Positions 30,155-38,351 of a stretch of DNA of 64,000 nucleotides are shown here, one piece after another. Each line of letters starts with the position of its first letter. The stretch's first letter is position 1. The DNA lies in IMG/VR virus record IMGVR_UViG_3300037234_000959; one strand, given 5' to 3'. This stretch comes from an uncultured virus (IMG/VR IMGVR_UViG_3300037234_000959) (taxonomy: Duplodnaviria > Heunggongvirae > Uroviricota > Caudoviricetes). The notes under the pieces were generated by a model. That model ran no database searches and was not told where the DNA came from. It saw nothing but the letters and a program-made list of their open reading frames with translations. A program made the translations under genes and the position numbers.

Positions 30155-30376
30155 TTATCTTACTTCGATCTTTTTTGCTTCAGTCGCGGAATTAGCAAGC
30201 GTCTCTACATAGTCTTCGTCCGTAACTCCGCCATCAGCATCCAGCTTGGCCAGAAGAGCAGCATAGTTGGTTTTGAGTTCATCCATCTCATCAACGAGCG
30301 TGTTGTGCTCGCCCCTCAGTGCCTTTCCCGCCCTGTCCCATAGTGCCTTTATCGGCGTAAGTATCGATCTTGCCAT
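30155..30376 (-). CDS. Small virion (head decoration-like) protein
   Basis: LLAKLDADGGVTD.DY motif; AGGAGG RBS. Confidence 0.55.
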   Translation of the reverse strand: MARSILTPIKALWDRAGKALRGEHNTLVDEMDELKTNYAALLAKLDADGGVTDEDYVETLANSATEAKKIEVR

Positions 30377-30448
30377 CTCTCAAATCCTCCTTTATAGGTT
30401 TTTTTTAAACTGGCTGAAGCTCGAATATTTTCAAGTTACGGACAGATT

Positions 30449-30482
30449 AAAAAAAGGGGCGGGCGATATACCCGCCCCTTTC
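30449..30482 (-). terminator. Intrinsic terminator
   Basis: GGGGCGGG...CCCGCCCC with an A run on the plus strand. Confidence 0.7.
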
Positions 30483-30504
30483 AAATATTGCTTTTTTGAG
30501 CTTA

Positions 30505-31014
30505 CTACTTGCCTTGCTGAAGCTCATCAAGACGATCTTGCATCTCTCCGGTGTAGGTCTTTCTCGTGTCCTTTTTTGCCGTTTCATCAGCAATCAGTTC
30601 CATGAGAAGCGCCTGACTGTCACAACCGGGAAGAAGATCCTTGAGCTCATTGAGATTGTTAAGAGCTGCATAGCTCTCTTTAGAAAGGCCTTCTCCGGCT
30701 CCGTCCTCAGATCCAGCTCCGTCCTCAGATCCAGCTCCGTCCTCAGATCCAGCTCCGTCCTCAGATCCAGCTCCGTCCTCAGATCCAGCTCCGTCGGGAT
30801 TTTTATTATCCTCAGTCTCTACCTTCTTTGCAGAGGCTCTGGACTTAGGCTTTTCATATCCCGGGATAGTGAGAAGAACGTCACGCGTTGCCGCATCTAC
30901 TTGAGCAACGCCCTTGCCGTCTTTGTCCTCAAAGATAACTGGTATATTTTCACCCTTTACAGGGACATTGATCTTTCCGACATGCTTCGAAATAATCGTA
31001 TGCTTTTCTGACAT
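30505..31014 (-). CDS. Post-capsid protein with GAGSED repeats
   Basis: AAGGAG RBS; repeat linker. Confidence 0.7.
   Translation of the reverse strand: MSEKHTIISKHVGKINVPVKGENIPVIFEDKDGKGVAQVDAATRDVLLTIPGYEKPKSRASAKKVETEDNKNPDGAGSEDGAGSEDGAGSEDGAGSEDGAGSEDGAGEGLSKESYAALNNLNELKDLLPGCDSQALLMELIADETAKKDTRKTYTGEMQDRLDELQQGK
30698..30795. repeat. Perfect 18-bp tandem repeat, 5 copies
   Basis: CCGTCCTCAGATCCAGCT x5 from 30701. Confidence 0.95.
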
Positions 31015-31065
31015 AATTAGCTCCTTTCAAGATATATTAAACGAATAATTAAAGGGTTTAAGATA

Positions 31066-31089
31066 AGGGCGGGGAGTTACCCCCGCCCT
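31066..31089 (-). terminator. Hairpin after major capsid gene
   Basis: AGGGCGGGG-AGTTAC-CCCCGCCCT. Confidence 0.6.
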
Positions 31090-31109
31090 GGGTTAATGAA
31101 AGATGTTAC

Positions 31110-32573
31110 CTACTGCGGCGTATAGCTACCGCAGTTCTTGTAGACCCTGACTCTCTCGGGTGCCTTAAGTACAAGCACGATGTAGAGCAGGAGCAAGAAC
31201 GGGAAGGTTGTATCCACCTGAGGTAGAGGCATCTTGGCAAGAGGTGCAAGCTGAGCAATTGTGATATCCTTGCTGTCAGGCTTGATTACCAGCGAGAGAC
31301 CATTTGCGGCCTTGCCGGCTGCATCTACCGTTCTCCATCCGTTAAGGTCAACGAATGTAGCATTACCAGAGGCAGGTTGAGTGATACGACCTATCCATCT
31401 TGCCGTGGTCACATCGTCAACAGTACTCCTGTAGATCCTGTATCCAGTTGCAGCATCTACCCTCGTGATAGTGAGAGTAATCTTCTGCCCTACTGTTGCC
31501 GCCTGTCCGCCGGATGCGACCGTTAGGCTTTCTCCTGAGTCATTAAAGGCGGAAACAAAGTAGTAGTAGGTATCGGCCTCAAGCTTAGAGGTTGCCTCTG
31601 AGGCAGCCGCTGGGCTCGCTGCGGCAGATGCGGCAGGCGCACTAGCATCAGCTACTGCCAGAGGCGCAGAACCCTCAACCTCTTCCATCAGGATGGAGTG
31701 ATCAAGGCCAATGTTACCGAACTGATTCTCATAAGCAGGCACCTTAAAGCCAGGTGTATATTCAGCACCACGGCTATTATCCTTGTTGTGCCTCACGATG
31801 TTACGATCCTGATACTGCTTATTAATACCGTCGGAAACATGAGCGCTCATTATTGCGCTATACCCGTTAACAGTTGCCTGCTTACCGGTTGTGACGAGAT
31901 CAAGAGCTGACTCATCAAGCTGCTCAAAACCAAAAGCGGCACCTTCCATATCAACGACATTGCTAGGGTTAACCGCCTCAAGCTCAGTGAGGATGCCGTT
32001 CATGTTGACCTCGACACCGTTTTCGTCCTTGATGGCCTCCTGACCGAAAAGAAGTTCTCTCTCTAGCCTTTCGAGCATTTCCATTGTCCTGTCCCGGTTT
32101 TCCCTGACAGTAGGATCCTCAAATGCACCACCCATGTTTCCGGTAGTTATCATTTGATGAGTGATTCCACCCTTGACGCCCAGGTACTTGGTATACTCAC
32201 CCTTTCTTTCGAAGCTGGACACTCCGCCCTTAGGCGCTCCACCTTCACGGAATCCAAGAGATCCCCTTCTACTGCCATACCCTTTATGCTTATTGTACTC
32301 ATAATAGGGCTGAGCACTTGGCACTTTCGGCAACATATTATAGAGCTTAAAGTGCTGCTCCGTAATCAAAACCTCGGTCATTACTCCGTCGAGATTTTCC
32401 AGCATATGAGGGCCACCTACTATTCCCCCTGGTCCGCTGTTTGTAGTCGTAAGGGCCTTTGCAAGATCGTCGATGATGTCGTCACCCGTCAAAGTGCCAC
32501 CACTCGGCGTCACATAACCCTGAGACTTTAACATCTCATCAAATGTTTGAACCTTTTGGTCCTTTTGGTCCAT
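31110..32573 (-). CDS. Major capsid protein (Herelleviridae-like)
   Basis: KALTT...ENLD N-terminus, LFG...GI, QLAPLAKMPL; follows protease and scaffold. Confidence 0.88.
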   Translation of the reverse strand: MDQKDQKVQTFDEMLKSQGYVTPSGGTLTGDDIIDDLAKALTTTNSGPGGIVGGPHMLENLDGVMTEVLITEQHFKLYNMLPKVPSAQPYYEYNKHKGYGSRRGSLGFREGGAPKGGVSSFERKGEYTKYLGVKGGITHQMITTGNMGGAFEDPTVRENRDRTMEMLERLERELLFGQEAIKDENGVEVNMNGILTELEAVNPSNVVDMEGAAFGFEQLDESALDLVTTGKQATVNGYSAIMSAHVSDGINKQYQDRNIVRHNKDNSRGAEYTPGFKVPAYENQFGNIGLDHSILMEEVEGSAPLAVADASAPAASAAASPAAASEATSKLEADTYYYFVSAFNDSGESLTVASGGQAATVGQKITLTITRVDAATGYRIYRSTVDDVTTARWIGRITQPASGNATFVDLNGWRTVDAAGKAANGLSLVIKPDSKDITIAQLAPLAKMPLPQVDTTFPFLLLLYIVLVLKAPERVRVYKNCGSYTPQ

Positions 32574-32634
32574 TTTCTACCTCCTCTTATATATTTTTTA
32601 TTAAAAGTAAACTTGCAAACCCGAATCGAAAGAA

Positions 32635-33363
32635 CTACGCTGCGGGAATCTCTAAGCCTATAATCTTCTTGACATCATCGGGAAGCCCGAGCACACCTTT
32701 TGAAGCAAAGGCGCTCAAGAAGTAAGGCTTAACAGTGCCGTCATCAATAGCCTTCTTGAGGTCTGCCTGGATTTCCGTCCGGCTTTTCACCATCTGCTCG
32801 CCCTGATCGGTTTTATCAGCCCCGAGCTGGGTCTTTGATGCTCCGACGGGCTGTTTGCCTGCCTGTGCAGAAACGTCCTGAACAGACTTTGTGAGATGGC
32901 CAACTACAGAGGCCTGCTTAAAGACGACCGTGGAGAGAAGTTTCATTCCACTCAAAAGAGTATCGAGCTTGGCATCTACACCTGCAGTGCCAGCTTCTAC
33001 AGACTTTCTGAGATCAGCAAATTCCTCACTTGCCTTCACCATCTCCGCGTGTAGTTCCTCATCTCCGAGCTCAAGCCCTTCAAGCTCTGACTTGCTAAGC
33101 CCTTCCAGGTCGTCATCACCACCACCATCGCCGCCCTCATCACCCGACTCGTCACCGCTCTTGAAGAGACTCCCCATGGCCGCCTCGCTCTCTTCTACAG
33201 CCTTTTTGAGAGCATCAACCTCGGTAGGAACTACAGGTTCACCGCCGCCAAGAGCGGTCTCAGCCTCCCTGAGAGTATCCATAGCTTTTTTCAGATCCTC
33301 ATCGCTGGCTGTATTCCCCACCTGTTTTTTAGCTTCTACAGCTAACTCTTCCTCCGTCTTCAT
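32635..33363 (-). CDS. Scaffold protein
   Basis: Acidic helical protein between protease and capsid, with nine hydrophobic-x-K(S/A) motifs. Confidence 0.7.
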   Translation of the reverse strand: MKTEEELAVEAKKQVGNTASDEDLKKAMDTLREAETALGGGEPVVPTEVDALKKAVEESEAAMGSLFKSGDESGDEGGDGGGDDDLEGLSKSELEGLELGDEELHAEMVKASEEFADLRKSVEAGTAGVDAKLDTLLSGMKLLSTVVFKQASVVGHLTKSVQDVSAQAGKQPVGASKTQLGADKTDQGEQMVKSRTEIQADLKKAIDDGTVKPYFLSAFASKGVLGLPDDVKKIIGLEIPAA

Positions 33364-33392
33364 ACACATTCCTCCTTTTGCTATTTGATTTT

Positions 33393-34316
33393 TTAACTAC
33401 TGATTAACCCTGCCGTTTTGGCAAAGGCGTAAAAGTCCGGGTTTTTACCCGAACCGTGGATGATTTTTTTAAGGAATTTAAACGTGTCGTCTGAACTGCA
33501 GCAGGTGCAATCAGTCATATGTTTTGCGGCACCCTGGATGCCTTTGTGAAAATACCCGGTCTTTCTGTCATAGCAATCACACTGCTTGTCACCATAGAGA
33601 ACCTTAGACATGCCTCTATCCAGATTTTCCAGCATAAGAGCCCCTGTAGTAGCGGTGGACATAGCTTTTTCCATTCCCTTTGTCAGGAAGTCTATATTGG
33701 TGGGGGCATCGGCCTTATTGCCGCACTTGCGTGAGGGGTTGTAATTAGAACTGCCGGGGGTACAGCCGCCACAGCAAAGTGATTTAGCAAACATCTCTAC
33801 GCTGCATTTAGCATTTACCGGCTTGTGAGTGAGGGCAACGTTCCTGGCAATGGACTTAACGACCTTTTTGCCCCGACGTTGGACATAACTGCCTTCGATG
33901 GAGTATGCAAGCTTTCTGGTTCCGCTTTTCTTAAGCTGAAGACCAAGCTGCCACATTTCATTAGCAAGTTTTATCTGTTCGCTCTCGTTTGAATCTCCCT
34001 TAAAAAGCTCTCCCTCTACCCATAGGCCATTTTCCCGCATTTCTACCAGTGTGGGTATACCTATAATGATAGGAAACTTCGCCCCGCCTATAGTTTGCTT
34101 TTGGTGGTCGTAGTTGATATATCCTTCTCGCATTAAGGGTCCGAAATCCATCCCCTTCTGGAGGATCGATTCGCCGTCCTTGTCAAGATCTTCAGTTGAT
34201 GCATAGCCTTTTATGCAGCGCTTTCCTTCGCCTTCGCTCTTCTCGATGAGTTCGACAGAGTCAACAGGGATATCTATATAAAAAGTGTCTTCGTCTGTGG
34301 CTTCTATGTTTTCCAT
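33393..34316 (-). CDS. Prohead protease
   Basis: GYASTEDLDKDGE, NYDH, YSIEG and VALT.KPVN motifs; GGAGG RBS before ATG 34316. Confidence 0.88.
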   Translation of the reverse strand: MENIEATDEDTFYIDIPVDSVELIEKSEGEGKRCIKGYASTEDLDKDGESILQKGMDFGPLMREGYINYDHQKQTIGGAKFPIIIGIPTLVEMRENGLWVEGELFKGDSNESEQIKLANEMWQLGLQLKKSGTRKLAYSIEGSYVQRRGKKVVKSIARNVALTHKPVNAKCSVEMFAKSLCCGGCTPGSSNYNPSRKCGNKADAPTNIDFLTKGMEKAMSTATTGALMLENLDRGMSKVLYGDKQCDCYDRKTGYFHKGIQGAAKHMTDCTCCSSDDTFKFLKKIIHGSGKNPDFYAFAKTAGLISS

Positions 34317-34429
34317 TTTCCTCCAAATCAAAAAAGGCGACACTAAAAGGAATTCTCCCCTCAAATGCCGCCTATAATCCTTACTGGCTAACGACCGGTT
34401 AAGGCCCTGGCTTGCTCAGATCAAGCGAT

Positions 34430-34612
34430 TTATTCGGTTTTCATTATGAGACCGCCCTTGCGGGTTTTCTCAATCACATATCCCCTGCCTTCGTGCTGAA
34501 ACCGGCAAGGAAATGAATCTATTTTAACGACAGGAACGGGAGCCCCCTTCCTGCTCTTCCTCAACAAGAACACACTGGATAACTTTTTCTTGTGGCTATC
34601 GATTTTATCCAT
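34430..34612 (-). CDS. Small HemP-like protein
   Basis: FQHEGRGYVIEKTRKGGLIMK resembles the HemP family motif. Confidence 0.45.
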   Translation of the reverse strand: MDKIDSHKKKLSSVFLLRKSRKGAPVPVVKIDSFPCRFQHEGRGYVIEKTRKGGLIMKTE

Positions 34613-34620
34613 TTCTTAAC

Positions 34621-34654
34621 ATTATATGATAGTATTCGTCATATACAAAACATT
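34621..34654 (-). promoter_or_regulatory. Putative late promoter
   Basis: AATGTTTTG-N19-TATAAT. Confidence 0.65.
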
Positions 34655-34793
34655 CCTAATAAAAATATTTCTTTTTTCGCAAAACACCTTTAATGCATCA
34701 CTTTAACTCGGCATCTTATTATATATAGAAGGAAATTGATTAAATCTTAAAAGAAACAGTTGATTTCATTAAGTATTTATTTTCACTTTAAGC

Positions 34794-34822
34794 TTGACAC
34801 CTATACCCCACTGGGATACAAT
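34794..34822 (+). promoter_or_regulatory. Sigma70 promoter of accessory island
   Basis: TTGACA-N17-TACAAT, with an imperfect inverted repeat in the spacer. Confidence 0.75.
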
Positions 34823-34874
34823 AAGAATCAAGAGGTGAGGAAAACGCCCAAACCGGAACCAGGGAGAAAGAAAA

Positions 34875-35128
34875 TGAAGAAAGTATATATAGCAAGCGGC
34901 AATGAGGGTACACTGGGAGTTTTTACTAATCACGACGCGGCATATCAAAGAATATGTCTTGAAGTAGAGAATGCAAATGATTTGCAAGTATCGAGAAAGG
35001 AATCAGAAAGGCTGGTCAATATGCACGAATATGGATCTGTTCTTATTAGGCACGAAACAACTGCTTTCCATATCAATGTTGAGCCGCTACAAGTCAATAA
35101 TGCCCTGAAGCTAAATGGGACAACATGA
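34875..35128 (+). CDS. Hypothetical protein
   Basis: ATG after GGGAG, downstream of the promoter. Confidence 0.55.
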
Positions 35129-35340
35129 CACCCCAGCAAATCAAAGAGGCCCGGCAAAAGCTGGGCATCTCCCAAGTCGAAATGGCTGAACTTTGCGGCA
35201 TCGACAAAGGGACGTGGTTAAAATGGGAAAAAGGAACACGGAAACCGAACGCTATTGGACTGCAACACATTAAGGTTTTGATGTGGCTGGACAAAATAGG
35301 GAGACTTGCCGACTGGCAATTACAAAATAAAATTAACTAG
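35125..35340 (+). CDS. XRE-family HTH regulator
   Basis: IKEARQKLGISQVEMAELCGI...WEKG.RKP. Confidence 0.85.
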   Translation: MTPQQIKEARQKLGISQVEMAELCGIDKGTWLKWEKGTRKPNAIGLQHIKVLMWLDKIGRLADWQLQNKIN

Positions 35341-35353
35341 GAGATTTAATCGT

Positions 35354-36091
35354 ATGGAAAGCACAAAAGAGGCACTAATAGAGTCCATCAAGAAAATGAT
35401 ACCCGTTGGGAATAGACTAGAACTGCCCAAGAACGATATTTTTCCAAACTATGCTCAGGTGAAAAAGGCATTAATAACTGCTGGTGGAAAATATAAGAAA
35501 TGTGGTTTTGAGTTTACGGAAAATGCAGAGGTAATTCAGAGTAGATTAGTGGGTGGCGAGGCAATTAACGATAAGAAAAAATACCAGTTTTTTGCCACTC
35601 CTTCAGAGTTAGCAGAGCGCTTAGTTGCATTGGCTGAGATAACGCCATATTGTAGGGTTGGTGAGCTTCAGGCCGGGCAAGGTGCTATTGCTAACTTGGT
35701 TAAACCAATTGCAAGAGAGTGTGTAGTTGTGGAGCTTATGCCCGAGAACTGTAAGGCCCTGCTAAGACAAGGCTGGAATGTGATCGAGGGCGACTTACTA
35801 TCTATGAGTATTAAGGATTTAGGCGGAGGTTTTGACAGAATCATAGCAAACCCACCATTTACAAAGAACCAAGATGTTGACCACATTAAGCATATGTTTT
35901 CGATGTTAAATGCTAAAGGAAAGCTGGTCAGCATGGCAAGCAAAAGCTGGATACATGGAAGTCAGAAAAAGCAAGTTGCATTTAGAGATTGGTTGGACGA
36001 TGTTGATGCAACTATTACTGAGGTTCCCGCTGGTGCATTCAAGGAAAGTGGGACTTCTATTGGTACAGTTATCGTAGAAATTAATAAATAA
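35354..36091 (+). CDS. Amino (N6-adenine-type) methyltransferase
   Basis: FFATP, AGQGAIA SAM loop, IIANPPF, FKESGT. Confidence 0.8.
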   Translation: MESTKEALIESIKKMIPVGNRLELPKNDIFPNYAQVKKALITAGGKYKKCGFEFTENAEVIQSRLVGGEAINDKKKYQFFATPSELAERLVALAEITPYCRVGELQAGQGAIANLVKPIARECVVVELMPENCKALLRQGWNVIEGDLLSMSIKDLGGGFDRIIANPPFTKNQDVDHIKHMFSMLNAKGKLVSMASKSWIHGSQKKQVAFRDWLDDVDATITEVPAGAFKESGTSIGTVIVEINK

Positions 36092-36130
36092 ACGACTGCA
36101 GGTAGCAGCATAAATTTGAGAAGGTTGCCA

Positions 36131-36655
36131 ATGTTTAAGGATAATAGGAATTCTTACTCGACATCTAACAAGTTGACCCCGGAGAAGGTGCGACAGATAC
36201 TTGCTTACAATAATAAAACTGGTGTCTTTAGATGGAGGAAGGCCCCACGGCGAGGGATAAGGGCTGGTTCTATTGCAGGACACACCAATAAAAGAGGTTA
36301 TGTAGAAATTAGGATTGATAAAACTCTTTATCTCGCTCACCGTTTGGCATGGCTATATGTAACCGGAGGGTGGCCAAAAGGAGAGATTGACCATATCAAT
36401 GCTAGTAAAGGGGACAACCGGTTTAGCAATTTACGCGATGCTACTCGCTCAGTGAATCAGCAGAATATGAAAAGAGCACAGAAAAATAACCATGTTGGGC
36501 TTCTCGGGGTATCTCCAAAAAGAAAAAAATGGCGCGCCCGAATTACTGTTGATAGCCGTGAGGTTAACCTCGGCGTGTATGATTCACCAGAAGAGGCGCA
36601 TAATGCTTACATTAAAGCGAAGCGTAAACTTCATAAAGAAGGTTGTGAAATTTAG
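36131..36655 (+). CDS. HNH endonuclease with AP2-like domain
   Basis: AHRLAW, IDHIN..K.DNR..NLR, WRARI...LG.YD. Confidence 0.85.
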   Translation: MFKDNRNSYSTSNKLTPEKVRQILAYNNKTGVFRWRKAPRRGIRAGSIAGHTNKRGYVEIRIDKTLYLAHRLAWLYVTGGWPKGEIDHINASKGDNRFSNLRDATRSVNQQNMKRAQKNNHVGLLGVSPKRKKWRARITVDSREVNLGVYDSPEEAHNAYIKAKRKLHKEGCEI

Positions 36656-36675
36656 CGGCATAGAAAGGAGCGGCC

Positions 36676-36861
36676 ATGCCTACAAAAAGAAAACCTACTG
36701 AAGATGGGTCCGAAGATCTTCTCGCAGCATGTGTAAGGCTAAAGGCGAGGATCGAAAAAAAACTTAAGTCTGGCAAACTAAGTCAGGAAGATAGAACTAA
36801 ATTTGAAAGGGCCTTAAGAGCAACCAAGCGAAACATAGGAAAGGCTAAGAGGATGATTTAA
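36676..36861 (+). CDS. Small basic hypothetical protein
   Basis: AAGGAG RBS. Confidence 0.5.
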   Translation: MPTKRKPTEDGSEDLLAACVRLKARIEKKLKSGKLSQEDRTKFERALRATKRNIGKAKRMI

Positions 36862-36873
36862 GGGAGAAACAAA

Positions 36874-37056
36874 ATGACACCGACAAAAGTGTGCACCATG
36901 ATGAATAAAGCTTATGATATATTGAAAACTATGAGCATTGATGAAATAAAGCAAGCGTCAAAAAAGGTAGCATCTAGCATGTCTTTAGGTCAGACAATTC
37001 TTTTTCAGCATCAATGTCGATTTGCAATCTCTAAAAAGATATCGGGGGCGTGGTAG
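36874..37056 (+). CDS. Hypothetical protein
   Basis: GGGAG RBS. Confidence 0.5.
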   Translation: MTPTKVCTMMNKAYDILKTMSIDEIKQASKKVASSMSLGQTILFQHQCRFAISKKISGAW

Positions 37057-37060
37057 TAAA

Positions 37061-37501
37061 ATGACAATCAAGCTTGATCAAATTGTTATTTCTGCATTTC
37101 CTGGCACCGGCAAAACATATCTTTGTGCTAAATCGAGGAGATGTTTGGTAGAAAAAGAGTGCTGGGAGTTTTCAAAGGCAGCTAACTTTCCGGAAAATTA
37201 TGTGAGTGAAATTAAGCATTCGATTGGCGGCGCAGATGCGGTTTTTATTAGCACAAACAAACAAGCGCTTGACATGTTAATTGTTGATGGGATTCCAGTT
37301 ATTTTAGTTTACCCAGTAATAGAATTAAAAAATGAATATATGGAGCGATATGTGGAGCGAGGAAGCCATCCAGATTTTATTGATGCCATGAACACATATT
37401 GGGAGCGGTGGCTAGAAGAGCTTAATAAGAGAAGTGATTGCAAAAAACACGTGCTGCAAGCTGGGCAATTTATCGAAAATGCAATGCCTTGGTTGGTATA
37501 A
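37061..37501 (+). CDS. P-loop (nucleotide kinase-like) protein
   Basis: ISAFPGTGKT; Y..RY..RG lid. Confidence 0.7.
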   Translation: MTIKLDQIVISAFPGTGKTYLCAKSRRCLVEKECWEFSKAANFPENYVSEIKHSIGGADAVFISTNKQALDMLIVDGIPVILVYPVIELKNEYMERYVERGSHPDFIDAMNTYWERWLEELNKRSDCKKHVLQAGQFIENAMPWLV

Positions 37502-37621
37502 CGCTATTCTCAGGGGCTTGCGGTTTAGAGCCCGAAACTTTATGACAAGGAAGAGGTGACAGAATGGGAAACGAAAAATCAGAGACATCGGCAGCAAGTC
37601 CCTTGCAGAAATTGGTTATGC
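37496..37621 (-). other. Integron attC site
   Basis: Minus strand GCATAAC-CAATT-TCTGCAAGGGACTTGC...GCAAGCCCCTGAGA-ATAGC-GTTATAC, 126 bp. Confidence 0.8.
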
Positions 37622-37962
37622 CGTTACAGCCTATTGCGAATGGCCGATTTGTGCCGAATCGTATAGTGGAGATATTACTTGAAGCCGCACCAATTGGCTT
37701 GAATGAACTCGCCTGTATGGAATTTACAGCACAAGAGAGGATGCAATTTGCACAGTTAATCGGATATTCTCTTTCTGGCTTCGGTGAACTTAGCTATGTT
37801 GATGATGAGACTTACACAGCCGCAGAGAAAGCAGCCGATGGCGTGACAGAAGAAGAAGCCAGGAGCGCGACATTAAGGGAACAGCTTGACGAAGCCCGAA
37901 AGGGAGTAAAGGCTGCGGCCTCCGTGTTGTTCAGAATGCACCCTGACGACTTAGAGGCATAA
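37564..37962 (+). CDS. Cassette-borne phage hypothetical protein
   Basis: QFAQLIGYSLSGFGELSYV motif; bounded by GTTATGCC and GGCATAAC. Confidence 0.7.
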   Translation: MGNEKSETSAASPLQKLVMPLQPIANGRFVPNRIVEILLEAAPIGLNELACMEFTAQERMQFAQLIGYSLSGFGELSYVDDETYTAAEKAADGVTEEEARSATLREQLDEARKGVKAAASVLFRMHPDDLEA

Positions 37963-37993
37963 CTAACGATGGTGGGAATTAATTCCTGATATC
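37956..37993 (-). other. attI-like site with internal palindrome
   Basis: GGCATAAC, then GGAATTAATTCC (37975-37986) centred 17.5 nt from the AAC. Confidence 0.55.
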
Positions 37994-38006
37994 ACTATAA
38001 AAAGTG

Positions 38007-38034
38007 AAAAGCCCCTCATATTAGAGGGGCTTTT
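38007..38034. terminator. Bidirectional terminator
   Basis: AAAAGCCCCTC...GAGGGGCTTTT between convergent genes. Confidence 0.8.
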
Positions 38035-38056
38035 CTTTGCTTACAAAAAGAGGTTA

Positions 38057-38329
38057 TTAGTTTACGGCATCCTTCAGCGACTTGCCCGCCTTGAACTTAG
38101 GCGCCTTTGATGCTTTGATCTGGATAGCCTCCCCGGTCTGGGGATTTCTTCCGGTTCTTGCCGCACGGCTTGAGACATCAAATGTACCAAATCCTACAAG
38201 AGTAACCTTATCACCTTTCTTAAGCGCATCCGCTACACCGCCAACAAAGGCACCTACCACCTTATCGGCAGCTGCCTTGGATATGCCCGCTTCGTCTGCT
38301 ATGTGCGCTACTAGATCTGATCTGTTCAT
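38057..38329 (-). CDS. hup: HU family DNA-binding protein
   Basis: VTLVGFGTF...[27 protein letters not shown]. Confidence 0.95.
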   Translation of the reverse strand: MNRSDLVAHIADEAGISKAAADKVVGAFVGGVADALKKGDKVTLVGFGTFDVSSRAARTGRNPQTGEAIQIKASKAPKFKAGKSLKDAVN

Positions 38330-38351
38330 ACTGTTATCACCTCACTTTAAG

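Noticed and set aside
30698..30795. Short repeats resembling a CRISPR array
   Set aside because: Contiguous 18-bp units with no spacers, encoding GAGSED in frame.
37071..37091. attC half-site at the start of the kinase-like gene
   Set aside because: Box geometry fits, but GTTATTT does not complement the downstream GTATAAC and it overlaps the P-loop strand coding; may be chance.
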